Shown one piece after another: positions 1 through 8,815 of a stretch of 64,000 bases of DNA (its first letter is position 1; each line of letters opens with the position of its first letter). A model generated the notes under the pieces. The model was not told the DNA's origin and ran no database searches. It saw only the letters and a list, made by a program, of their open reading frames with translations. The stretch is from Deltaproteobacteria bacterium. GTDB lineage: Bacteria > UBA10199 > JACPAL01 > JAHFST01. The DNA is taken from contig JAHFST010000001.1 in the NCBI GenBank assembly GCA_023265625.1, positions 97,265 through 161,264 of the forward strand. Reading direction: 5' to 3'. The position numbers and the translations under genes were made by a program.

Positions 1-1283
1 CCTCGGCGCAAGAGATTGAAATGATGATTGAGCGGCATTATGCCCCCCAGCGTTCGGAGGGGGAGGATATCGAGGTTAGCCAATATTTTAGCGAGCGCAG
101 CTGGAATGAGCCTCAAGAGAAATTGGAGGAGGTGGCCACGGGGCCCAAGGTCGTTCAAACCGTCAATCAAATCATCGCCAAGGCCTATCAGGAAGAGGCC
201 TCCGATATTCATATCGAACCTTCGTTTCAGGGAGTGCGCGTTCGTTATCGAATTGACGGATTGTTGGAGGAAAAACTGCAGTTGTCGCGGGAGATGCAAC
301 TCCCCATCGTTTCCCGCATCAAGATCATCGCCGGATTGGACATCGCGGAACGGCGTGTACCGCAGGATGGCCGGGTGCGTCTGCGTCTTGGGGGTAACCC
401 GCTAGACCTGCGTGTGTCAACTTTTCCGACCCTCTATGGTGAGAAGGTGGTGTTGCGGCTCCTGTCTCGCGGGGGGATTATTGGCATCGAGAAGCTGGGG
501 TTCAATTCCCGTGATCGCAAGATATTTGCGGACGTCATCGGACGGAGCTACGGGATTTTTTTGGTGACGGGACCGACCGGTTCCGGCAAGTCGACCACGC
601 TTTATGCGGCTCTCAATCGGCTCAATTCTTCCGAAAAGAATATTATCTCCGTGGAGGATCCGGTTGAGAGCGAAATCCCGGGCGTGAATCAAGCGCAAGT
701 GAATCTCAAGGCCGGGTCCACTTTTGCCAGTTCGTTGCGCGCGATCCTTCGGCAGGATCCGGATGTCATCATGATCGGTGAAATTCGCGACTCTGAAACC
801 GCGGAAATTGCCGTGCGATCCGCCATTACGGGGCATCTCGTGCTTTCCACCCTCCATACCAACAGCGCCGTCGGGGCTATTTCCCGATTGGTGGACCTCA
901 AGGTGGAGCCTTTTTTGATCGGGTCGGCCTTGATTGGCGTGTTGGCGCAGCGTCTGGTGCGGCGGATTTGTCCCCATTGCAAGGAGCAGACGGTGGCGGA
1001 TCTGGAAAAGCTGGGCCCCCTGAAGGATCAGGTTCACACGGTGTGGCGCGGCAAGGGGTGTCCGACCTGCCGCATGTCGGGTTATTTGGGACGGTTGGGG
1101 ATCTTTGAATTGGTTCCGATTAATGATGCCATCCGACGTCTCATTAACGCCCGTGCCTCCGATACCGAGATTGAGCAAGCGGTCAGAAAGATGGGGGTTG
1201 GGTCGATTACGGAAGAGGGGATTGAAAAGGTGAATGCGGGCGTGACCACCATTGAGGAAGTGCTGCGGGTGACGCAGGAATAA
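1..1283 (+). CDS. pilB: Type IV pilus / type II secretion assembly ATPase (PilB/GspE family). The window holds only the C-terminal ~420 aa. The frame is open from nt 3, so the true start lies upstream of the window.
   Basis: Walker A GPTGSGKST. GspE-type Asp/His boxes. Tetra-Cys zinc motif CPHC...CPTC. No stop between the window edge and the ATG at nt 21. Confidence 0.85.
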   Translation, partial: SAQEIEMMIERHYAPQRSEGEDIEVSQYFSERSWNEPQEKLEEVATGPKVVQTVNQIIAKAYQEEASDIHIEPSFQGVRVRYRIDGLLEEKLQLSREMQLPIVSRIKIIAGLDIAERRVPQDGRVRLRLGGNPLDLRVSTFPTLYGEKVVLRLLSRGGIIGIEKLGFNSRDRKIFADVIGRSYGIFLVTGPTGSGKSTTLYAALNRLNSSEKNIISVEDPVESEIPGVNQAQVNLKAGSTFASSLRAILRQDPDVIMIGEIRDSETAEIAVRSAITGHLVLSTLHTNSAVGAISRLVDLKVEPFLIGSALIGVLAQRLVRRICPHCKEQTVADLEKLGPLKDQVHTVWRGKGCPTCRMSGYLGRLGIFELVPINDAIRRLINARASDTEIEQAVRKMGVGSITEEGIEKVNAGVTTIEEVLRVTQE

Positions 1284-1289
1284 CATCCC

Positions 1290-2516
1290 ATGCCAACATT
1301 TTCTTATCGCGCGTGTGACCCGCAAGGGGTCGTGGTTATTGGTGAAGCGGATGCCGCGCGCGCCGATGACCTGAAGGAGTTGTTGCAGCGTCAGGGATTG
1401 ATCCCTCTCGCGGTTCAGCCATGCTCGTCTGGATTTAAATTCGCCAATATTTCATTGCGGGATATTTTTGATAGTTATGTGGACCCGCAGGATATCTTGG
1501 TGCTCACCCGGCAATTTTACACCCTGTTCAAGGCGGGGGTGGGGATGGAGATGTTGCTGGGCACCTTGTCGCGGCAGTCTAGTAATCGCAAACTACGTGA
1601 GACGCTCCTAAAGATTCGCAATGATATCCTTTCCGGCGAAAACCTGTCCAAGGCCTTTGCGAAGCATAGCGCTATCTTTGGGGATCTCTATGTCAACATG
1701 CTGGTGGCCGGTGAAGAGGCGGGTATCTTAGAGGAGGTTTTGAAAAATCTCGCCTCCCTCTACGAAAAAGAGTTAGAGACCAAGGCCTCGGTAAAGTCAG
1801 CGGTCCTTTATCCCAAAATAGTTGTCTTCGTCCTCGTGGTGGCCACGGCGGTTATTATGGTGACGGTGGTGCCCAAGTTTGCTTCTTTTTATGGGCATTA
1901 CAAGGCGGAGTTGCCGTTACCGACCAAGATGTTGATGGCGATTAGTAATTTCTTTGTGCATTTTTGGTGGATGATGGGCCTGGGCGGCATGGTCGCTTAT
2001 TATTCGTATCTCAAGTACAGCCACACCAAGCGCGGCAAGCTCAGGCTCGGGCACCTCAAATTTCAACTCCCAGTCTTTGGCCCGTTAAATCTCAGGATCG
2101 TCAACTCGAGATTTTGTCACATCCTCTCAGCGCTTTACCGGAGTGGACTTTCGATGACTCGTTGTTTGGAGATAACGAGCGGGACAATTGAAAACGGCGC
2201 TTTTTCCCGGGAGCTGGAGATTTTAAAGAACGAGATCAGCGAGGGAAAGACGCTGTCCGAGGGGATGCAGCGTTGTTCTTATTTTATGCCGATTATTGTG
2301 GAAGCCACGGCCGTGGGTGAAAAATCAGGTTCGATCGATGACATGTTGGAAAGTATGGGGGCGCATTACGACATGGAGGTGCAGCACATCGTGAAAAACC
2401 TCACGACCTTGTTGGAACCCATCTTGTTGTTCTTTATTTTTGGGATGGTCACGTTGTTTGCGTTGGCGATTTTTCTTCCGATTTGGAATTTGTCCCGGGC
2501 CGTCCAGGGGTCTTAA
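1290..2516 (+). CDS. pilC: Inner-membrane platform protein PilC/GspF
   Basis: 408 aa with two GspF-type repeats and three predicted TM segments. Lies 6 nt after pilB. Confidence 0.85.
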   Translation: MPTFSYRACDPQGVVVIGEADAARADDLKELLQRQGLIPLAVQPCSSGFKFANISLRDIFDSYVDPQDILVLTRQFYTLFKAGVGMEMLLGTLSRQSSNRKLRETLLKIRNDILSGENLSKAFAKHSAIFGDLYVNMLVAGEEAGILEEVLKNLASLYEKELETKASVKSAVLYPKIVVFVLVVATAVIMVTVVPKFASFYGHYKAELPLPTKMLMAISNFFVHFWWMMGLGGMVAYYSYLKYSHTKRGKLRLGHLKFQLPVFGPLNLRIVNSRFCHILSALYRSGLSMTRCLEITSGTIENGAFSRELEILKNEISEGKTLSEGMQRCSYFMPIIVEATAVGEKSGSIDDMLESMGAHYDMEVQHIVKNLTTLLEPILLFFIFGMVTLFALAIFLPIWNLSRAVQGS

Positions 2517-2568
2517 AGAGCGGTAAATCTCGAATATTATTCATATAATTAAACTTAACATATTATTA

Positions 2569-2597
2569 TTGCTAATGTTTTAAGTTTAATGTAAGAT
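2569..2597 (+). promoter_or_regulatory. Candidate sigma-70 promoter for the major pilin gene: TTGCTA, 17 nt spacer, TAAGAT
   Basis: Lies in the AT-rich 134-nt intergenic region. Strong RBS AAGGGGGG upstream of the ATG at 2651. Confidence 0.3.
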
Positions 2598-2650
2598 AAA
2601 TTTCTCAAAATAATAAAATTTAACAGGTAATCTTTTACCAAGGGGGGATT

Positions 2651-3121
2651 ATGATGAAAAAGAAGCATAAGAAGAAAGGGCAGAAGGGCTTCACACTCAT
2701 CGAACTCGTGTTAGTCATCACGGTGCTCGGTATCTTGGCAGTGGCAGCCCTGCCGTCCTTTATCAACGTGGCCCAACAGGCCCGGAATGCGTCTCGTGAT
2801 GGGGTGGTGGGTGCGGTCAGGTCAGGTTTGGCCATGTTCCGTGCCAACGACCTGGCGAACAATGGCCCTCCAGGGATCTATCCGGCGACTTTGGATGTGG
2901 CGGTCGCCGGGGCTGCGGCTCCGGCCAATCTGTTATTTACCGGGCCGGCGGCTTGTCCGGCCAATATAGCCGCCTGTCCACTCTTGCAGCAGGGGATCAG
3001 CGATGCCGCCTGGAGCAAGACCGATGACACTACGTACACCTTTACCTCCGCGCCTGGAGCTGTTTTCACCTACACCTACGACCCGGCAACTGGATCATTC
3101 ACGAGCCCGACGGCGCCGTAA
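2651..3121 (+). CDS. pilA: Type IV major pilin / GspG-like pseudopilin with N-terminal methylation motif
   Basis: KGQKGFTLIELVLVITVLGILA prepilin leader plus hydrophobic helix. 156 aa. Confidence 0.8.
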   Translation: MMKKKHKKKGQKGFTLIELVLVITVLGILAVAALPSFINVAQQARNASRDGVVGAVRSGLAMFRANDLANNGPPGIYPATLDVAVAGAAAPANLLFTGPAACPANIAACPLLQQGISDAAWSKTDDTTYTFTSAPGAVFTYTYDPATGSFTSPTAP

Positions 3122-3151
3122 CGGTCTCGCAAAGACCGATTTCAATCTTGC

Positions 3152-3182
3152 AAGAGGGGAACAGGTTGCCTGTTCCCCTCTT
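3152..3182 (+). terminator. Perfect 14-bp stem hairpin (AAGAGGGGAACAGG-TTG-CCTGTTCCCCTCTT) directly after pilA. A smaller hairpin sits at 3123..3137.
   Basis: Inverted repeat read directly. Followed by TTGTCATTTGT. The position is typical of a pilin-gene terminator or attenuator. Confidence 0.55.
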
Positions 3183-3200
3183 GTCATTTGTAGGGGGGCT

Positions 3201-3710
3201 ATGAACAAACATCACGGCTTTACCCTCATTGAACTTGTCCTGACCCTCTCGTTGCTCTCGATCTTGGGGGTATCGGCGATCACGGCGATGGTCAATGTGG
3301 GGACGATGAAGGCGGATGTGGCGGCGCAAAAATTAGTGGCCGATCTGAGCTATGCCCGGGAATTGGCCCGGAGCCACAATGCCATTCATGGGGTGTCTTT
3401 CAACGCGGCGGCCGACACCTATACCGTGTATCAATTTGATCCGAACACCGGACTTGAGACCGCGGTGACGAGCCCTCATACCGAAACGCCCATGCTGATT
3501 AATTTTGCGACGGCCCCCGGTTTGACGGGGGTTGATATCCAGGACCCAAACTTTGGCGGCGGGAGCAATATTCGTTTCGCCCCCATCGGCACCCCGCAGC
3601 TCCCCGGAGGCGCGGCCCTGGTGGCGGCCGGAACGGTGGTCTTGTCGCAGGGGGGGCGTGCCCGGACGGTGTCTGTGCAACCCAATACGGGTGAGGTGAA
3701 CAAACAATGA
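3201..3710 (+). CDS. Minor (pseudo)pilin, FimT/GspH-like
   Basis: MNKHHGFTLIELVLTLSLL prepilin N-terminus. Start reassigned from the 3003 ORF to the ATG at 3201. Confidence 0.7.
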   Translation: MNKHHGFTLIELVLTLSLLSILGVSAITAMVNVGTMKADVAAQKLVADLSYARELARSHNAIHGVSFNAAADTYTVYQFDPNTGLETAVTSPHTETPMLINFATAPGLTGVDIQDPNFGGGSNIRFAPIGTPQLPGGAALVAAGTVVLSQGGRARTVSVQPNTGEVNKQ

Positions 3711-4231
3711 AAGCGAACCATCAAGCGGGCTTTACCATGGTGGAGATTGTCTTGGCCATCGCCCTGATGGCGATCTTGTACCCGTTTTTGATGAGTATGT
3801 TCGCCGAGACAACCGTGAACACGGCCCGTGTCAATATCACCCCCACGGCATCGGCCCTGGCCACCGAATTGATGGAGGAAATCAAGTCGCGAAAGTTCGA
3901 CGAGTTGGCCGCCAAGAATGCCAATGGCAATTGGAGCGCTCCCTTGGGGGTCGATGCGGGAGAAACGGCCAACGACAAGAATACCTTTGATGACGTGGAT
4001 GATTTTAGCGGCTGGAACCAAAATTTTGCGCCCAATTTTACCAACTACACGGCCACTGTCTCGGTGAGTTATGTGGCCTCGAACAACCTGAATGCCCCCT
4101 TGGTGATTCCAGGTCCTGTGCCCAACAATTGGACCCCCAGCTACAAACGAATCGTGGTGACGGTCTCGAACGCCGGTCTTGCGGCCAATATGCAATTGGT
4201 AACCATTGTGACGGAGTATCAATCATTATGA
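3707..4231 (+). CDS. Minor (pseudo)pilin, PilV/GspI-like
   Basis: HQAGFTMVEIVLAIALMAIL N-terminus. ATGA overlap with the upstream gene. Confidence 0.65.
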   Translation: MKANHQAGFTMVEIVLAIALMAILYPFLMSMFAETTVNTARVNITPTASALATELMEEIKSRKFDELAAKNANGNWSAPLGVDAGETANDKNTFDDVDDFSGWNQNFAPNFTNYTATVSVSYVASNNLNAPLVIPGPVPNNWTPSYKRIVVTVSNAGLAANMQLVTIVTEYQSL

Positions 4232-4731
4232 AAAGGACTTCACACAGGGGTTTTACGATGATTGAATTAGTCCTGACCATGACCCTGCTGGGCATTATCG
4301 CGGCGGTGGGATCGGTTACGATGATGCCGGCCCTTAATTCCTGGATTCTCGGCAGTGTGCGTACCAGCACGACCAATACCGCCACCTATGCGATGGATCG
4401 CCTCTTAAGTGAGATCGGCGGTCTGAAAGATAAAAAAAGTGTGGTCGCGGCCTCGGCTACTTCCTTCCAATTTGTGGATGCAGGTAACAACAATATCACT
4501 TTTAACCTGGCCAATGGCAATTTGATGCGTAACAATAATATCTTGGCCCGCGGCGTGAGCGGTTTGACGTTTACCTATTGGGATGTGAACCAGGCGACGG
4601 TAGCAAATCCTACAGTGTCTCCCGCCGATACGAATATCTGGCGCATTGGTGTTCAGTTGACCAGCCAGGTCAGTAATCAGACCATTCGGATGGAGTCGGA
4701 AATTCATCCGAGAAACCTAGCCAGAACATGA
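4228..4731 (+). CDS. Minor (pseudo)pilin, PilW/GspJ-like
   Basis: SHRGFTMIELVLTMTLLGII N-terminus. Start at ATG 4228, ATGA-coupled to the upstream gene. Confidence 0.6.
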   Translation: MKRTSHRGFTMIELVLTMTLLGIIAAVGSVTMMPALNSWILGSVRTSTTNTATYAMDRLLSEIGGLKDKKSVVAASATSFQFVDAGNNNITFNLANGNLMRNNNILARGVSGLTFTYWDVNQATVANPTVSPADTNIWRIGVQLTSQVSNQTIRMESEIHPRNLART

Positions 4732-4739
4732 GGTGAGTT

Positions 4740-5867
4740 ATGACGATCCTCAAAAAGATTTTTACGGCATTCATGCAGGGTGAAGAAGGGATGGCCTTGG
4801 TGGCCGTCATTATGGGGATGCTGATCTTGTCGGCGATCGGCGTTACGATGACCCACTTCGTTTCGAGTAATGCTGCCAGCGCCTCCGATGATTTGCAATC
4901 TTCCCAAGCCTTTTATGTCGCCGAAGGGGGCATGCAGTACGTCCTGATGAACCAACTGAATGGGGATAGCGACTATAGTAACAATGTCTCTCCCACGGCA
5001 GCTCCCTTTGGGGCGCCTTCCATTAGTCTCAACCCTGGACAATTTTGGGTTGAATACCTCAACGAAACATCGACGAGCATGACGGCGCGTGTGACCGCTC
5101 GGGTTGGAAATGCGACTCGTGCCGTGCAGCAGGCGGTGACACTCGGGGGGAGTGGTTTTAAATATGTTACGATGGCCAAGGGGAATCTCAGTATTACCAA
5201 TACGACGGGTACGGTGTCGGGGGATGTGGTGATGTCCGGGAATTATTCGATTGCGCCTACGGTGACCATGTTGGGCAACGTCACCTCCAACCCCAACCTC
5301 ACCATTCCTCCCCTGGACATGTCGGTCTACCGGAACATGACCACATCGACCTATACCGGAACCATGACCATCAGTGGAAATTACACGGGCAACACCTACA
5401 TCACCAAAAATTTGAACATCAACGCAGGGTCGACGATCAACGGCGTACTCTATGTACACGGCAATGTGGCCTTCAATGGCAACAATATCGTGGTGAATGG
5501 GACCATTGTGACGGATGGGAATCTTAATTGCGCCAATCGGACCGGGTTGCAATTTATTTCCCAGCCCATTGACGCGAACCATCAAATGCCCGCCATTGTG
5601 GTGGACGGCAACGTCGGCGATTTCACCAATGCCGACAATATGAAGGTCCGCGGGTTGGTCTGGTCCACGGGAAATCTCAGTCTCAACAATACGGACAATC
5701 TGGATTACGTGGGGTCCTTCATGGTGGATGGCAATGCCTCATTTGATACGATGACCAATTTCAAACTGTCCTTCAATTCCACCTATGTGACCGGTGTGCC
5801 TGGCATGACCGACTTGGGTGGGAGCAATACGGCCTCGATGGTGCTATCGGGTTGGCAAAGCTACTGA
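4740..5867 (+). CDS. PilX-like pilus assembly protein (PilX_N-type N-terminus), Asn/Thr-rich beta-repeat body
   Basis: GMALVAVIMGMLILSAIGVTM...QSSQAFYVAEGG matches the PilX N-domain pattern. Good RBS GAGGTGAG. Confidence 0.6.
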   Translation: MTILKKIFTAFMQGEEGMALVAVIMGMLILSAIGVTMTHFVSSNAASASDDLQSSQAFYVAEGGMQYVLMNQLNGDSDYSNNVSPTAAPFGAPSISLNPGQFWVEYLNETSTSMTARVTARVGNATRAVQQAVTLGGSGFKYVTMAKGNLSITNTTGTVSGDVVMSGNYSIAPTVTMLGNVTSNPNLTIPPLDMSVYRNMTTSTYTGTMTISGNYTGNTYITKNLNINAGSTINGVLYVHGNVAFNGNNIVVNGTIVTDGNLNCANRTGLQFISQPIDANHQMPAIVVDGNVGDFTNADNMKVRGLVWSTGNLSLNNTDNLDYVGSFMVDGNASFDTMTNFKLSFNSTYVTGVPGMTDLGGSNTASMVLSGWQSY

Positions 5868-5884
5868 TCTTTTTTTGGTGCTTT

Positions 5885-7009
5885 ATGGTGAATCTCAAAA
5901 AGATGTATTCAACATTGGTGCAAGGTCAGGATGGAATGGCCCTAGTCGCCATTATCATGGGGATGTTGATCTTGTCGGCGATAGGGATCACTATGACCAA
6001 CTTTGTTTCGAGTAATTCCTCCATAGTCTCTGATAATTTGCAGTCCTCGCAAGCCTTTTATGTCGCTGAGGGAGGCATGCAGTATGTATTGATGAATCAA
6101 CTGAATGGGGATAATAACTATGCTGATAATGTCTCTCCCACCGCGGCCCCCTTTGGGGCGCCTTCCATTAATCTAAGTCCGGGACAGTTTTGGATTGAGT
6201 ATCTCAATCAGGCGCAGACGAGTGTGACGGTGCGTGTGACGGCTCGTGTTGGCAATGCAACTCGAGCCATTCAGCAATCGGTGGTGCAGGGAGGAAGCGG
6301 TTTTAAGGATGTGACAATGGCCAAGGGGAATTTGAGCATCAACAATTCTACGGGCATCGTATCGGGGGACGTAGTGCTGGGGGGTAATTATAGCATTGCT
6401 CCGGCGGTGCAAGTGTTGGGCAATATCACCGTGGATCATAATATTCAAATTCCAGCGATTGACTACGCCCCCTATCTGGCCATGGTGACTACGACTTTTA
6501 ATGGAAATAAGACATTTTCGTCAAACTACAGCGGCAATGCTCGTGTGACCGGAAATGCCACAATCAATGCAGGGATTACCATTACGGGGCTATTGTATGT
6601 GGATGGTAATGTGGCCTTTAACGGCAATAATATTGTGATCAATGGCAGTTTGATAACCAAGGGAAATCTTGGTTTGGATGGCCGCAGCGGGCTACAATTT
6701 ATTTCTCAAACGATCGACAGTAGTCATCATATGCCGGCCATTCTCACTAAGGGTAACATTGGGGCCACGAACGCGGATAATATGAAACTCTACGGGGTGG
6801 TCTGGACGGGTGGTAACTTGAGTTTGGCCAATGCCGATAATTTAGACTATCTTGGTTCTTTTATGACGGGTGGTAATGTGAGCTACGATAATATGAAAAA
6901 TATCAAGATGACCTTTGATCCCGTTTATGTGACCGGTGTGCCAGGTCTACCCAATTTGGGAGCGAGCCAAACCCCTTCGGTGGTGTTATCAGGTTGGCAA
7001 AGTTACTAA
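5885..7009 (+). CDS. Second PilX-like protein, tandem paralog of 4740..5867 (~75% aa identity by eye)
   Basis: Start set at ATG 5885 (MVNLKK...) by alignment with the paralog. Shares the C-terminus VTGVPG...VLSGWQSY. Confidence 0.55.
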   Translation: MVNLKKMYSTLVQGQDGMALVAIIMGMLILSAIGITMTNFVSSNSSIVSDNLQSSQAFYVAEGGMQYVLMNQLNGDNNYADNVSPTAAPFGAPSINLSPGQFWIEYLNQAQTSVTVRVTARVGNATRAIQQSVVQGGSGFKDVTMAKGNLSINNSTGIVSGDVVLGGNYSIAPAVQVLGNITVDHNIQIPAIDYAPYLAMVTTTFNGNKTFSSNYSGNARVTGNATINAGITITGLLYVDGNVAFNGNNIVINGSLITKGNLGLDGRSGLQFISQTIDSSHHMPAILTKGNIGATNADNMKLYGVVWTGGNLSLANADNLDYLGSFMTGGNVSYDNMKNIKMTFDPVYVTGVPGLPNLGASQTPSVVLSGWQSY

Positions 7010-7199
7010 TATATTCAGGGGGAAGATACCCTCTCCCCCCTGAGGACCCCCCATCTGGTCGTCACTGACTCATCATTCGCTCCGCTTAACCGGCCGGAGT
7101 AAATCCGTCCGGTTAATGCTCGTTCACTATTGGGGAAAGTGTTGAAAGTGTTTGCTGAAATGAGAATAATCGAGTAGTACAGAAGCGCGGGGGGGCTCT

Positions 7200-8081
7200 G
7201 TGTATCTTGATTTTTTTTCATTGGAAGAAAAACCGTTCAACATCACGCCCGACACGCGTTTTTGGTATCTTTCCACGCAACATGAAGAGGCCGTCGCGAC
7301 CATGCTTTATGGGGTGCAGGAGCGGCGCGGCTTTGTGCTGCTGACCGGCGAGGTTGGCACCGGCAAGACGACCTCGATTCGAGCCCTGCTCAACCGGCTG
7401 CAGCAAGAGGATCCGACCGGGCGCAAGGAGATGGTTGAAACGGCCTTGATTGTGAATCCCCTGCTTTCCGTGGTGGAGTTGATCAAGGCGATCAATAAAG
7501 ATTTTGGTTGTGACCGGCCCGAGTTGGATTCCGTGCAGGGACAATTGGAGGTCCTGAATCAGTTTTTGTTGGACAATGATCGCCGTGGCGGAAACGCGGT
7601 GGTGATCATTGATGAAGGACAGAATCTCTCCTTGGAATCGCTCGAGATGTTGCGTTTACTTTCCAATCTCGAGACCGAGAGTCACAAACTGATCCAGCTG
7701 ATATTGGTAGGGCAGCCCGAGTTGGAAAAAAAACTGGAAAAACCGGAACTGCGGCAACTCCGGCAACGGATTCAGTTGCGTTATGTGTTGCAGCCTTTTA
7801 GCGTGCAAGAGACGTCGGATTATATCACGCATCGCATTCGCCGGGTGTCTCCCAAGAGCTGCATCGCCTTTCGTCCGAGTGCGGTCAAAAAGATTTATGA
7901 ATATTGTTCCGGGGTGCCGCGGATGATCAATTCCTTGTGCGATTTTACGTTGATGGCGGCTTACACGCATGAAACCCATGTCGTGACCAAACAGATTGTG
8001 GACCTGGCTTACGAGGAGATGTCGATCGGTTCCGGGCAAGCGCCCCGTCGGTTTTGGTATTTGCGTCGGAGGAGGGGATAG
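7200..8081 (+). CDS. ExeA/GspA/MshM-family AAA ATPase
   Basis: GTG start. MYLDFFSLEEKPF...FVLLTGEVGTGKTT is diagnostic of ExeA/MshM. Confidence 0.8.
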   Translation: MYLDFFSLEEKPFNITPDTRFWYLSTQHEEAVATMLYGVQERRGFVLLTGEVGTGKTTSIRALLNRLQQEDPTGRKEMVETALIVNPLLSVVELIKAINKDFGCDRPELDSVQGQLEVLNQFLLDNDRRGGNAVVIIDEGQNLSLESLEMLRLLSNLETESHKLIQLILVGQPELEKKLEKPELRQLRQRIQLRYVLQPFSVQETSDYITHRIRRVSPKSCIAFRPSAVKKIYEYCSGVPRMINSLCDFTLMAAYTHETHVVTKQIVDLAYEEMSIGSGQAPRRFWYLRRRRG

Positions 8082-8083
8082 CC

Positions 8084-8815
8084 ATGTCGCTGCTACACAA
8101 GGCCCTGAAGAAGGCGGAGCGTGACCGGAATGTCTCACCCGAGGGAGGGGTGGTGGATAGTGCGGAGCATGACGAGCGTGGAGTCTCCCGATCTCGCGTC
8201 TATATCTTGGTGTCCCTGGTGTTCGTTAGCGCCTTAGTCTTGGCCTATGTTCGTCTCTGGAAAACACGCGGCGATTCTCCCCCAGTCGCGAGTTCCATTC
8301 CTTCTGCAGTCAATGTTGGGGATTCATCAGGGAATAAGACGCCTGCCGTGAACGCCGTTGATAGTTTGGAGGTCGATCGACTGCTGCAACAAAAGAGATG
8401 GACTGAGGCCAAGACCTTGTTGGAAAAAATGTTGTTACAGGAGCCAAGGAATCCGGAACTTTATAGCAATTTGGCAATGACGTATCGTCAAACCGGAGAT
8501 CTGGCGCAGGCGGAGCAGCAGTATCAGAAGGCCTTACTCTTACAGGCAGATTTTCCGGAGGCCTTGAACAACTTGGGGGTGGTTTATTTGGCCAAGCGGC
8601 AGTTGACTGATGCGGCGGTTAACTTTCAAAAGGCGTTGAGCCTGCGCCCCGATTATGCGGAACCGCACTTTCACTTGGCCTTATTGGCCGAGTCCGAGGG
8701 AAAGATCGATGAGGCCAAGCAGCACTATTCTCGCTATATTGAACTCGTGAAAGGGGCTGATGCGACCTTTCTGCTCAAGGTTCAGCAGAGAATGGCCAGC
8801 CTAGGGGGGCGATGA
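8084..8815 (+). CDS. TPR-repeat membrane protein (MshN/ExeB-like partner of the ExeA-type ATPase)
   Basis: Start reassigned to ATG 8084 after the GGAGGAGGGG RBS. One TM helix, then at least 4 TPR repeats. Confidence 0.6.
   Translation: MSLLHKALKKAERDRNVSPEGGVVDSAEHDERGVSRSRVYILVSLVFVSALVLAYVRLWKTRGDSPPVASSIPSAVNVGDSSGNKTPAVNAVDSLEVDRLLQQKRWTEAKTLLEKMLLQEPRNPELYSNLAMTYRQTGDLAQAEQQYQKALLLQADFPEALNNLGVVYLAKRQLTDAAVNFQKALSLRPDYAEPHFHLALLAESEGKIDEAKQHYSRYIELVKGADATFLLKVQQRMASLGGR

Noticed and set aside
28-1325. ORFs 28..405 (+), 417..1325 (-) and 689..982 (-) overlapping pilB
   Set aside because: They lie in alternative frames of a clearly conserved GspE-family gene. Their compositions are Arg/Pro-rich and shadow-like.
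2517-2650. Sigma-54 promoter upstream of pilA, as found in many T4P systems
   Set aside because: There is no TGGCAC-N5-TTGC match. Only a TTGCT element without a GG dinucleotide 10 nt upstream is present. A sigma-70-like TTGCTA-17-TAAGAT fits better.
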